In this document: positions 1 to 9,369 of the stretch, piece after piece | Layout of the letters: the number at the start of each line of letters is the position of its first letter | How positions within the stretch are numbered: position 1 is the first letter of the stretch | NCBI GenBank assembly: GCA_043812655.1 | Contig: JBDRLW010000014.1 | Location: 1 to 27,529 of the forward strand | Direction: 5' to 3' | Source: a bacterium | Lineage (GTDB): Bacteria; Margulisbacteria; WOR-1; O2-12-FULL-45-9; XYB2-FULL-48-7 | DNA: 27,529 nucleotides | Position numbers and translations under genes: made by a program | Notes under the pieces: generated by a model | Told to the model about the DNA's origin: nothing | The model's input: only the letters and a program-made list of their open reading frames with translations | The model's database searches: none

Positions 1-520
1 AAAGCAGTATATTCCTCGCTCGATCGGGAGTTTCCGCCGATATTACTTCACTGGCTAGCATAACAAAGATCAGGGTCAATAAAATATGGAGCGGATGTTC
101 CAGCCCGAATAAAACTAGCGCGGGAAAAGGCGCCAATAAAATGATCGCGCTTAAAATAACGGCAATAAAAACAGGTCTCACTTGGTTTTTCCTTAAGAAA
201 TAATAAGCAAAGGCGATCGTTAAACAAGAGAAAACCAGATTGAGGATTAGCGGAGAAATAATGTTTGGCTTAAACGCTAAATATGTCAAGGTTAATAGCA
301 AGGTATAAAGCGGTGATGATGAAGTCGAAGAAAACTGGTATTGGGTTATCCCCCAAACACCGTGGGTGGCAAAGTTTTTGGCCATCGCCATGTGGATATA
401 TGGGTCATCCAGCGCGTAGATAAAAAAGCCTTGGTTCTCCCTGACTGATACAGCCAGCATGGCGGCAACAATGGCAATAAAGGCGAATAAAATCGTTACT
501 AATGGCCAGTGTTTTTGCAT
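1..520 (-). CDS. GT-C fold membrane glycosyltransferase-like protein, N-terminal part (runs off window start; absent from ORF track)
   Basis: Manual translation from ATG at 520: MQKHWPLVTILFAFIAIVAAMLAVSVRENQGFFIYALDDPYIHMAMAKNFATHGVWG...SSSPLYTLLL...LFGLEHPLHILL, open to position 1. TM helix followed by DDPYIH and later GLE motifs, matching DDAYIS and GTE of 928..2592. Confidence 0.8.
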   Translation of the reverse strand, partial: MQKHWPLVTILFAFIAIVAAMLAVSVRENQGFFIYALDDPYIHMAMAKNFATHGVWGITQYQFSSTSSSPLYTLLLTLTYLAFKPNIISPLILNLVFSCLTIAFAYYFLRKNQVRPVFIAVILSAIILLAPFPALVLFGLEHPLHILLTLIFVMLASEVISAETPDRARNILL

Positions 521-927
521 TGCGGCATCCCAACCTTTTTCAGTTCTTCAACCATGATCATGACCATAAAAACGATCATTAAGATCGGGTTAATAATACT
601 CATAATAGCAACATCGGCATAAAAATAATAGTAGTTCTTTGGTATTAATAATAAAGCAAACAAAATGGCATAATATCGGCTGTATTTTCCCGTATTGCCA
701 TCATTAATGAACAAAAACATGGGGATGAACAATAATATCATTCGATAGCCAAAAGATATTTGGGCAAAAGTAACAATAAAATGGTTAAAAGTGTTATAAG
801 GATAAATGTTTAAATTCAATAATCTCATCAAGCCTTGATGAAATATTATGGCCAGAATAAAACCGACAAAAATGATCAGCCTGATTAGTATTATTTTATC
901 TTCACTTGTCATAATACTGCGCAACAT
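499..927 (-). CDS. Small hydrophobic membrane protein (about 4 TM), function unknown
   Basis: 142-aa ORF that fills the gap between two GT-C genes. Its ATG abuts the upstream stop (TGA 930-928, ATG 927-925) and its end overlaps the next start by 22 nt. About four hydrophobic segments. Confidence 0.6.
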   Translation of the reverse strand: MLRSIMTSEDKIILIRLIIFVGFILAIIFHQGLMRLLNLNIYPYNTFNHFIVTFAQISFGYRMILLFIPMFLFINDGNTGKYSRYYAILFALLLIPKNYYYFYADVAIMSIINPILMIVFMVMIMVEELKKVGMPQCKNTGH

Positions 928-2592
928 TCAATCATTCCTTTCTAAAACTCCAAAGCGAAACCCCCTCTTTATTAACTGCTCAATCCTTTCTAAACTAAAA
1001 TGTTTAACATCAATAATATTTTCTTCCAATGATATTTTATTAGTGTTCAATAAATATCTTATCTCGTATCCATTATTTAGATAATCTCTTCGATTAATTC
1101 CCCAAACCAAGTCAAGGCTATCCCGATCAATCCAATCAATTATTAGATCCGGTTTTCTTGAAAAAACATAATCGGGATCGAATTTATTGTGCCCAGGGGT
1201 AAATTTCTTTATTGAACCAACATCTTTATGCGCGATATATTTATCATTTAAACCCAAAGAATCAATTGCTTTGAGTCCAGAAAAATATGGGATCTTTCCG
1301 CCTGCGCCACCGGCAATAACCTTACCTTGATATTTTGTTTTAATAAATTTACCTAATGTTATCCAATTGTCATATTTGGGGTATTGATAAGCGAATCTTT
1401 GATCTATCAACGGACTATATAGGGGCATAAGTTGGATAATAGCGACCAGCAAAACCATAATTTCGATGATGCCCGATCGTCTAATTTTAGATAGGTAATC
1501 AATCAAGATGATTATCCCTAAGGGAAAGAACACAATCAAGAATCTTTCCTGATAAAAATCACCCCCTATATATAGCCAATAAAGCAAACTGGTTGACACA
1601 TAAAAGTAGATAAAACTGATCCCTGCCAGCTTGTCCACCCTCCCACTAAGTTTATCTTTTAATCGCCAGATTAAACCTGCCCCAAATATGGATAAATATA
1701 TCCAGATGTCTCTCGGTAAATTGTTTAAGGCATAATTAACTCTTAATAATATTGGGCCGGACACCTTTGCATAATAAGTATTCGGAAATAAATAGCCGTA
1801 ATAACTCCAGCGCCACGTCACATAAATGGCCAAAGGTAAAAAGGCACTAACAAAACAATAATACGACAGTCGCCATTCTTTCTTTATCAATAGATACGCT
1901 ATAACGACTAACGGCAAAATAAAACCATCCGCCCTAACTAATACAGATAAAACCATCAAACCGCATAAGATAAATAAATCCTTCTTTCTCCCCCCTAGGA
2001 TTGCTTTTTGCAAGAAAATATATATTATGGTTTGGATAAACAACACCAGCACCGCTTCTGTCCCTGATGCCGCCCATAACCATAACGGTGGGCACAAGAC
2101 AAACATTAAGCCTCCTAATAAAGCATTTGTTTCCCCATATTTTTCCTTTAAATATTTATAAAACACGACAAAAAGCATGATTATGATCAAAAAGTTAAAA
2201 ACACAAGCAAAGGGATACGCCCCGGCATCCCCAAAAAGCTTCTCTCCTAGCGACATGATAAGCACAAAAAGAAAATTAGTATATCCTTCCACCCGTTCCC
2301 CAACGTTATAAACCAACCCATGACCCTGCGCTAAATTACTAGCATACCGATATGAAATATACGCGTCATCGCTCCCCCATGCAAAAGAAGAATGTTGTCC
2401 TATCCAAAAATATCCAAAAAACACATGGAACAACACCCCAAACAATAAAATCACCAGCAGTATAATAAACGCATCTTTTTTTTGGTTGTTAATGATCGAG
2501 GCTAACGCAGCAAAAGTAAGAATGATAAAAAAAATCATTATTATATTGTTTAAGTTATTGCCTGTAGCTAAAATATGGGCTGGATTAATCAA
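928..2592 (-). CDS. GT-C fold multi-TM glycosyltransferase-like protein (DDAYIS family)
   Basis: [59 protein letters not shown] motifs; many TM segments plus a C-terminal soluble domain. TTG start preceded by GAGGAG (2604-2599). Confidence 0.8.
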   Translation of the reverse strand: MINPAHILATGNNLNNIIMIFFIILTFAALASIINNQKKDAFIILLVILLFGVLFHVFFGYFWIGQHSSFAWGSDDAYISYRYASNLAQGHGLVYNVGERVEGYTNFLFVLIMSLGEKLFGDAGAYPFACVFNFLIIIMLFVVFYKYLKEKYGETNALLGGLMFVLCPPLWLWAASGTEAVLVLFIQTIIYIFLQKAILGGRKKDLFILCGLMVLSVLVRADGFILPLVVIAYLLIKKEWRLSYYCFVSAFLPLAIYVTWRWSYYGYLFPNTYYAKVSGPILLRVNYALNNLPRDIWIYLSIFGAGLIWRLKDKLSGRVDKLAGISFIYFYVSTSLLYWLYIGGDFYQERFLIVFFPLGIIILIDYLSKIRRSGIIEIMVLLVAIIQLMPLYSPLIDQRFAYQYPKYDNWITLGKFIKTKYQGKVIAGGAGGKIPYFSGLKAIDSLGLNDKYIAHKDVGSIKKFTPGHNKFDPDYVFSRKPDLIIDWIDRDSLDLVWGINRRDYLNNGYEIRYLLNTNKISLEENIIDVKHFSLERIEQLIKRGFRFGVLERND

Positions 2593-2652
2593 TCTAATCT
2601 CCTCACGTTATTACGCATTATCCTTATCCACACTCAAAAGGTATAAGCCTCG

Positions 2653-4194
2653 CTACTTACTAGTTCCTTGACTGGCCGAAGAATTAAAGCGCTCCACCAC
2701 ATTGGTAACGTCATGAAAATCAAACGGCATTGCGTATGTCGCGTAATAATGTTTATTTTTCAATAAAAGATAATGCCCGCTAAAATACAAGTCCATGATT
2801 ATCCTGAAGGTGTTAACCGAAGATAAATTATCGGGCAAGAAACTGGTATCTTTTCCGGGCAGATACATGGCATTCAACACCCCAAACTGTGGCCCAATAT
2901 TTCGATCACTAGGTAATTCGTTGGAAAATATATTGATATTATAATACGAACCATGATCGCCCTGAATAATCATTATCGGGGGAATTTGTGATTGAACCCT
3001 TATCTGGTCGATTGTCGCCAATATTTTTTTATTAATAAACTTTACCTGCTTAATGTAATCTGACCCAGTCTCCTCACCATCTGGGCCAAAAACATATGGT
3101 CCATGAGGACAAGGAATATGGGTATAAATAAATCTAGGCTTTGACTTATTCTTGTTTTGCCTAAGCTCAGAGAACGCCGAAATCGTTAACCCTCGAAAAG
3201 TTCTTTCTTCAATCTGCCGATACCACGGGAGAATAATTGTTTTTTTGATCAGCAACCGATCAAAATCAGCGCTAAATAATCTCGCAAAAACGCCCTGTCG
3301 AGACAAAATAGACCTCTTCGTCTCATATCCGGTATAATTAAGATTAATTATTTCATACCCCATAGACCTAAACAATGATTCGACTTTATTATTATTTTTC
3401 CAAAGATCCATAATCAAACTTACATTTTGTGAATAACGGCCAAAAAGCAAGGGCATTTCATCGAGATAGCGCATATTCAATGTGGCCGTCAAAGATAGCA
3501 TAGAGATAGGATAATTACTTGTCGCCTTCTCAGCGACATAAAAGCTCCGGCGCCTCAAATCGTTAAGAAAAGCTGAATTATCATAACCATAATTTGTTCT
3601 CAACGAACGTTTGTTTGTATAGGCATCCAAGATAATAAAATAAATATCAGGTGAAGGCCGGTCAACCGCTTTCTTCACCCCAGGAAGCTTATAGGAATGC
3701 ATCTCTTTAGCCAGAAACTTATTGGCCCTTATATTTGCTTTGATCTGGCTCAAGAAACCATAAAAACAAAACAATAATGGCATTATCACAAGCGCGACCG
3801 CAACAATATTAAGAAAATAATTCAGAAAAGCCTGCTTACCATTTTTTATTATGATATGGCTAATAAACCACAAAATAAACAGAAATAATAGCCAGAGAGC
3901 GAACAATAACTCTTTTCTTTCCAATATCAACTGACCCCAACTTAAGGCATTTAATGCCCTATTAACCGCGCCATAATTATAGAACCAAACGATAAAGATT
4001 GAGCTGTAGATCGCCGACGCGGTAAATTGTCGGTTAAAAATATAAAATAACGCTAAAATAATAAAGGCCATTGCTATATTGACTAGGCTCGGTAAAAATA
4101 TCAGGTTTATCGGGAAAAAATTTATTGACACAGCATATAGCCCTATCACTGGGCAGATAGCAAACAAAACAAGATGGAATGGATGTTTTCTCAT
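2653..4194 (-). CDS. Membrane-anchored alkaline-phosphatase-superfamily (sulfatase-like, LtaS/EptA-like) transferase, copy 1
   Basis: About 5 N-terminal TM helices, then PDIYFIILDAY, SNYPIS, THIPCPHGPY and IIQGDHG metal-ligand motifs. No CxPxR sulfatase motif. Confidence 0.75.
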   Translation of the reverse strand: MRKHPFHLVLFAICPVIGLYAVSINFFPINLIFLPSLVNIAMAFIILALFYIFNRQFTASAIYSSIFIVWFYNYGAVNRALNALSWGQLILERKELLFALWLLFLFILWFISHIIIKNGKQAFLNYFLNIVAVALVIMPLLFCFYGFLSQIKANIRANKFLAKEMHSYKLPGVKKAVDRPSPDIYFIILDAYTNKRSLRTNYGYDNSAFLNDLRRRSFYVAEKATSNYPISMLSLTATLNMRYLDEMPLLFGRYSQNVSLIMDLWKNNNKVESLFRSMGYEIINLNYTGYETKRSILSRQGVFARLFSADFDRLLIKKTIILPWYRQIEERTFRGLTISAFSELRQNKNKSKPRFIYTHIPCPHGPYVFGPDGEETGSDYIKQVKFINKKILATIDQIRVQSQIPPIMIIQGDHGSYYNINIFSNELPSDRNIGPQFGVLNAMYLPGKDTSFLPDNLSSVNTFRIIMDLYFSGHYLLLKNKHYYATYAMPFDFHDVTNVVERFNSSASQGTSK

Positions 4195-4195
4195 G

Positions 4196-4238
4196 ATTTA
4201 ACTAGTTAAATTATACTATTCAAACTATAAATTATACT
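4196..4238 (-). promoter_or_regulatory. Putative promoter/operator: two TATAAT boxes in an 11-nt direct repeat plus a 16-bp palindrome
   Basis: TAAATTATACT occurs at 4207-4217 and 4228-4238 (AGTATAATTTA on minus). Perfect palindrome ATTTAACTAGTTAAAT at 4196-4211, just upstream of ATG 4194. Confidence 0.4.
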
Positions 4239-5768
4239 TTAATCTAACAGCAAAGAATAATGTTTTTTATTAAATTTTTCTTCCTTCATGGCAAAATATT
4301 TTTCCTGTGCCAAATATTTCTCTAAAATTATTTTGGCTCTTAATCCCATAATAAAATACAACAAACGACTTGTAAAAGGGTGCCGTCCGCAATCGATCAG
4401 ACGAGACATCGTCTTGGCTGAGACGCTCTGCCCACCTAGACCATATACATACAACAAATGAAACAAGCTGTAGAGATAAGATCTTTTGGTTGGCCCGGCA
4501 ATCATCTTATTAAGCCGCACATTATAATTCTTCCTATAGACAGCTTGCTTTTCATTGGCGATCAGTCCATCTTTGATCGCTTTGTAATAAAGTTCTGTTT
4601 CCGGGAACAAGGTCAATGAAAACAAACTTAGCTCATATGGGGCCGGAATTTTTGTTAAGAACATAAGGGTTTCCATTAAATCCTCATCTGTCTCCCAAGG
4701 GTTATCAATAATAACATCGTATCTTGGAAATAATTTACCTTTAAACCCATTAATTATCTTTGCAACATTAATAACCTGTTGATTGGAATGGTTCCTTTGG
4801 TATTGCTTTTTTGTCCGTTCGCTTCCCGATTGTATGCCCATTGTTATCCCTGTTAATCCCGCATCAACAAGCATTGCTATTGATTCTTTAGTTACAGCGG
4901 TCGGAGTCACTCCACCTATATGCAAAGGTAAGTTTACTTTTTGTTTATATTCTCTGCAAAACTCTTTAATCTCCGCCTGTGAATACAAAAAAAACGCGTC
5001 ACTATCAAATGTAATATGGTTAATAAATGTCAGCTTGCTTTTTGCTCTAACTAACTCATTTATAATATTATAAACACTCCTTTTTCTGACCCTTAATCGC
5101 TGGTCAGAATACATTCGATTTAGGGTGTTATTACAACAATATGTACAGCTAAAGGGGCACCCTCTTGTCGGTTGAGTAGAATAATCTCTCTTTAGTTGGT
5201 TACTCAAAATCTCTTTATCCATTTTTTGGATGTGCCCATTCACTAATATATAATGCGTCTCTATTTCATAATCCTGAAAGGGAATTGCATCAAGGTTTTG
5301 TTGTAATGATCTTAGCTTGTTTTTTATTATCTCTCCATCTTTTTTGAACCATAGGCCAAGAACTTTATAATAATCCTCACCAACTTGCATTTTCTTTACT
5401 AATTCAAGAAAAGATTCTTCCCCTTCTCCAACACAAACAATATCAACACAATTAAGACATTCTTCCGGCCGTATCGTTGGATGTATGCCACCCCAAATGA
5501 TTGGGGCATTAATGGCTACTTTTAATCTTTTTGTGAGTTGGACGACATTATCAAAATGATTCGTCATTAACGAAATCCCAATTAGTTCAGCATCTTTAAC
5601 CAATTCAACCAATTCGCTCAAAACCACCTCTTCATACTTTTTGTCATATTTATTTGGCAGAAAAATCATGCTTACTTCATGACCATCATTTTTAAGACAG
5701 GCGGAAATACTCCTCAACCCGTAAGCTGAAATATTCGTATAAGGAGAAATTAATGATATTTTCATCAC
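4239..5768 (-). CDS. B12-binding-domain radical SAM protein (class B methyltransferase-like)
   Basis: N-terminal cobalamin-binding-type domain (GISLMT...IIWGGIHPT...VCVGEGE), RGCPFSCTYC CxxxCxxC motif and GIQSGS. Start is GTG 5768 or ATG 5765. Confidence 0.85.
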   Translation of the reverse strand: MMKISLISPYTNISAYGLRSISACLKNDGHEVSMIFLPNKYDKKYEEVVLSELVELVKDAELIGISLMTNHFDNVVQLTKRLKVAINAPIIWGGIHPTIRPEECLNCVDIVCVGEGEESFLELVKKMQVGEDYYKVLGLWFKKDGEIIKNKLRSLQQNLDAIPFQDYEIETHYILVNGHIQKMDKEILSNQLKRDYSTQPTRGCPFSCTYCCNNTLNRMYSDQRLRVRKRSVYNIINELVRAKSKLTFINHITFDSDAFFLYSQAEIKEFCREYKQKVNLPLHIGGVTPTAVTKESIAMLVDAGLTGITMGIQSGSERTKKQYQRNHSNQQVINVAKIINGFKGKLFPRYDVIIDNPWETDEDLMETLMFLTKIPAPYELSLFSLTLFPETELYYKAIKDGLIANEKQAVYRKNYNVRLNKMIAGPTKRSYLYSLFHLLYVYGLGGQSVSAKTMSRLIDCGRHPFTSRLLYFIMGLRAKIILEKYLAQEKYFAMKEEKFNKKHYSLLLD

Positions 5769-5771
5769 TCG

Positions 5772-7322
5772 TTACCTGGCTTTCTGTCCAATCGACAGAT
5801 TAAAGCGCTCAACAAGCCCTGTCACATCATGATAATTAAAGGGTTCTGGGTACATCGCGTAATAATGCTTGTTTTTGAGTAATGGATAATGCCCGCCAAA
5901 ATACAAATTCATAATAACCCGAAAAGTATTAACTGAGGATAAATTGTCGGGTAAAAAATTGATGTTTTTGCCTGGTAAATACATCGCATTTAATATTCCA
6001 TATTGCGGCGCGATATATTTACGGTTCGGCAATTCTTTTGAATTCCAATTAACGCCATAACATGCACCATGATCCCCCTGAATAATAATGATCGGCGGGA
6101 TTTTTGCTTGGCCCTTGATCCGGTCTATTGCCGCCAAGACCTTCTTATTAATGAACTGGATCTGGCCGATATAGCCTTTGGCCGCATTCTTTTCGTTTGG
6201 GCAGAAAGCAAATGGGCCATGAGGACAAAAAATGTGGACATAATAAAACCTTGGCGTTAGTTTATTGTCTACTTTTTCTAGATCCAAAAAAGCCGAAAAT
6301 GTCTGCTCGCGATAAACATGAAACTCTAATCGCTTGCTCCATGGCAACAAGACTGTCTTCTTCAGTAAAGCCATGTAATATCCGTTGCTAAATATTTTAG
6401 AAACAAAACTTAATCGTTCAATCTCGCTCCGGTCAGGCTTAAACCAGACGCTATTGCAATTATCAATCGTTTCATATCCCTTCGCTTTAAGCAAGGATTT
6501 TACTTCATTTTTTTTCCAGATCTGACAGAGCAAGCTTACATTTTGCGAGTATCGCCCAAAAAGTTTTGGCATTTCATCAAGATAGCGCATATTCAGGGTA
6601 GACGGTAGGGACAGAACAGTCATCGGATAATTACTTATTCCCTTTTCAGCGACAAAAAACCCCCGCCGTCTAAGCTCGTTAAGGAAAGCCGAATTATCAT
6701 AACCGAAAAGTTCTCTTAGCGACTGGTTATTAGTGTATGCATCTAATATGATAAAATAAATATCGGGAGTGGAATGATCATTGTTTTTAATTGTTTGGCA
6801 CCGACTTAAAGAGCGGCGTTCATTGGCCATAAAACCATTAGCTTTTATATTCGCTTTAACTTCGCTTAAATATCCAGAAAAACATAACAACAACTGAATT
6901 GAAACAAGAACAATTGCCATCATATTGAAAAAATAATCCAAGATAGATTGTTTTCCGCTCTTTATTATTTTATAAGCAGTGAACCATGAAGCAAATAGAA
7001 GCAATAACCAAAGAGAGGGCAACCAGCCTTCCCTTCCCAAAATATATTGCCCCACCCTTAAACCACCTAATGCCTCGCTAACAATCCCGAAATTATAAAA
7101 CCAAACAATGAAAATAGAACTATAAATCGCCGAAGCGGAAAGTCGCCGGTTAAAAGCACAAAACAAGGCTAGAACTATTGACGATATTATCAAATTAACC
7201 ATTATTGGCCAAAACAGATTATCTACCGCAATACAATGGGGCCCCCAACCAACACTAGTAAAAAGCGCGATGACTGGATAAATAGAAAACAAAACAAAAT
7301 GAAATGGATGTTTTTTTAACAT
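5772..7322 (-). CDS. Membrane-anchored alkaline-phosphatase-superfamily (sulfatase-like, LtaS/EptA-like) transferase, copy 2
   Basis: Full-length paralogue of 2653..4194: KHPFH, PDIYFIILDAYTN, SNYPMT, VHIFCPHGPF, IIQGDHG, LNAMYLPGK..FLPDNLSSVNTFR. Confidence 0.75.
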   Translation of the reverse strand: MLKKHPFHFVLFSIYPVIALFTSVGWGPHCIAVDNLFWPIMVNLIISSIVLALFCAFNRRLSASAIYSSIFIVWFYNFGIVSEALGGLRVGQYILGREGWLPSLWLLLLFASWFTAYKIIKSGKQSILDYFFNMMAIVLVSIQLLLCFSGYLSEVKANIKANGFMANERRSLSRCQTIKNNDHSTPDIYFIILDAYTNNQSLRELFGYDNSAFLNELRRRGFFVAEKGISNYPMTVLSLPSTLNMRYLDEMPKLFGRYSQNVSLLCQIWKKNEVKSLLKAKGYETIDNCNSVWFKPDRSEIERLSFVSKIFSNGYYMALLKKTVLLPWSKRLEFHVYREQTFSAFLDLEKVDNKLTPRFYYVHIFCPHGPFAFCPNEKNAAKGYIGQIQFINKKVLAAIDRIKGQAKIPPIIIIQGDHGACYGVNWNSKELPNRKYIAPQYGILNAMYLPGKNINFLPDNLSSVNTFRVIMNLYFGGHYPLLKNKHYYAMYPEPFNYHDVTGLVERFNLSIGQKAR

Positions 7323-7345
7323 TTATTGGCTATCTTTTTCACGAA

Positions 7346-8485
7346 TTAATGCTTCAGTAAAATAGCTTTCTTAACATCTTCAACCGATATTTTAGTTGAC
7401 GCGCCAAAAGAATAAACGACTTCCCCTCTTAATTCCCTAATTATGTTTAAATAACTCTCTTTTTTCAATAACAATGATTGGACAATCAAATTGATCTCAT
7501 TTATACGCTCGCGCTCAATAATTATACCGATTTTATCTCTTAGGGACAATTCTAGCGGCATGATCCCTAGCTCGCCATAATTTGGGTTGTTAATCTTAAT
7601 TGGAACATCAATAAAGATCACCGGCCGCTCGGTGCCAAACGCATATTCGATGGCAACACCAGAACAATCAGTGATCAAGACATCGGCTTCAAACAGCGAC
7701 TGGTCAGAAAAAACTGTTTTTTCCAGGATAAAATTATCATGACCAGCAAATTTAATTTCAAAGCCCCTAATCAAAGAAGGGTCTCTTCTCATTATTTCCG
7801 GGTGAGGCCGGACGATAACTCGATAATTGGCTTGGATCAATAATTCAATAAGTTGTTCTCCGCAAGATTTAAGCAGGTTATCATCACCCCAAGAAGGAGC
7901 AATTAAGATGGTTTTTGTGTTTATGACAGGCAATTTCCCTGAAAACTCCTTAAAACCTTTATATATTCTTTCCAAACGATAATAACCCGTTTCTTGGAGT
8001 TTTTTCGCTGGAAGTCCGTACATTGCTTCCCTTTTACGGATCTCCTCGATATGGTATGGACCAACACAAAAGATCTCATCATAATTGTCAAACGCTTTGG
8101 CGGAATACATCATATGGGTGCTGACCATGGAATGGAACAAGTAAATATAATGCACTGGATTGATCGATCGCTTTAGATGAAAAACATCCAATTCAGTCAA
8201 GGTCATAACAAATACTTTGCAGTTTACAACACCCATAAAGAAGGGCAAAAATTTGTTGACGTAAAACTTGTGGATATGTTGGTTGTCGTTAGTAAATATC
8301 TTGTCGTTAAGATCCGATGTAATATAGCAAAGATAAATACCGGCAGTAGTTAATTCATTAATAAGCCCTTCATAATTCGGATAATAACCGTCATGTTCAG
8401 CATAAAAAACCAATTCTTTCTGTTCTTTCGGCGTTTTGACATAAAACATCCATAATGAGATAAGCTCTTTGATTAAATTCAGCAT
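7346..8485 (-). CDS. CDP-glycerol:glycerophosphate transferase (TagF/TagB) family protein
   Basis: YLFHS, GYYRLE, ILIAPSWG, VIVRPHP and ADVLITDCSGVAIEYAFGTERPVIFID are typical of this family. Start reassigned from 8572 to ATG 8485 (MLNLIKEL), because 8572 leaves no gap to the divergent gene. Confidence 0.78.
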   Translation of the reverse strand: MLNLIKELISLWMFYVKTPKEQKELVFYAEHDGYYPNYEGLINELTTAGIYLCYITSDLNDKIFTNDNQHIHKFYVNKFLPFFMGVVNCKVFVMTLTELDVFHLKRSINPVHYIYLFHSMVSTHMMYSAKAFDNYDEIFCVGPYHIEEIRKREAMYGLPAKKLQETGYYRLERIYKGFKEFSGKLPVINTKTILIAPSWGDDNLLKSCGEQLIELLIQANYRVIVRPHPEIMRRDPSLIRGFEIKFAGHDNFILEKTVFSDQSLFEADVLITDCSGVAIEYAFGTERPVIFIDVPIKINNPNYGELGIMPLELSLRDKIGIIIERERINEINLIVQSLLLKKESYLNIIRELRGEVVYSFGASTKISVEDVKKAILLKH

Positions 8486-8497
8486 ATTAATATTCTC

Positions 8498-8526
8498 ATT
8501 ATCGCAGATTTTCTGAAGCTGGTCTA
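8498..8526 (-). promoter_or_regulatory. Possible sigma70-type promoter for the TagF-like gene
   Basis: TAGACC (8526-8521), 17-nt spacer, GATAAT (8503-8498) with extended TG at 8506-8505. Imperfect match. Confidence 0.3.
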
Positions 8527-8538
8527 ACATTTTTGCTG

Positions 8539-8544
8539 TATAAT
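8539..8544 (+). promoter_or_regulatory. Possible -10 box for the plus-strand methyltransferase
   Basis: Perfect TATAAT ending 28 nt before ATG 8573; no good -35 element. Confidence 0.35.
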
Positions 8545-8572
8545 AAAGAAAAGATAGGCGTCGAATTATCAT

Positions 8573-9364
8573 ATGAAAGAAAAATATTTAAAATATTATC
8601 GGGAATACAGTCCATTTTTCCCCCTAAAACTCACCTGGGATTATTTATTTGAAAAGTCGAAGCTTCGCAAACTATCTTTGCTCCACCAACAGAATGATTA
8701 TATTGCGCTGGCCAACAAGCCAGCCCTTTTAAAACTTCATTATGAGATCAATTCGATCTTGTGGGAATCATCTCAAAAATGGGAAAACTATGACTATGGA
8801 GAAGGATATTTTTATCAGGGGTGTGACTTAGTCGGGATCCAAGGCTTGCGTGATACACGAGCCCGTGTTCTTTCAATGGATCTTAAAAATCGTTTGAAAG
8901 GGCTGGATATCCTGGATATTGGCTGTAATAGTGGTTTTCTTGACCTAATTATTGCTGATTCCGCGGCAAGCATAACTGGCCTGGATATCAATCCTTACCT
9001 TATTCAGATCGGCAAGGTTACAGCCAAATATTTAAATATATCCAACGTCGATCTTTTGGCCTCATCATTTGAGGATTGGGCTCTAAATAATAGATTTGAC
9101 GCTGTTTTATCCTTTGCAAACCATCATACTTACGACAATCTTACTAAGCATAGCCTGGAAACATATTTTTCCAAATGCGCCTCATTTTTAAAACCCAATG
9201 GATTATTTTTATTTGAATCACACGCCCCTAATTTTGAAGGTAAGAACCTAAACAACGTAATTGATATTATTAAGCAATACTTCACAATCGAGAATTCCCA
9301 AATTCTAAAGTACGGCTCTTTCCTTGATACCGACCGTACTTTTATCCAAGCCTGCCGTAAATGA
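8573..9364 (+). CDS. Class I SAM-dependent methyltransferase
   Basis: ILDIGCNSGF (motif I), ITGLDIN, FDAVLSFA, LKPNGLFLFE. Confidence 0.85.
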   Translation: MKEKYLKYYREYSPFFPLKLTWDYLFEKSKLRKLSLLHQQNDYIALANKPALLKLHYEINSILWESSQKWENYDYGEGYFYQGCDLVGIQGLRDTRARVLSMDLKNRLKGLDILDIGCNSGFLDLIIADSAASITGLDINPYLIQIGKVTAKYLNISNVDLLASSFEDWALNNRFDAVLSFANHHTYDNLTKHSLETYFSKCASFLKPNGLFLFESHAPNFEGKNLNNVIDIIKQYFTIENSQILKYGSFLDTDRTFIQACRK

Positions 9365-9369
9365 ATCTT

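Noticed and set aside
8486..8572. N-terminal extension of the TagF-like ORF to 8572
   Set aside because: It would leave 0 nt between divergent starts (CATATG); the region contains promoter-like hexamers.
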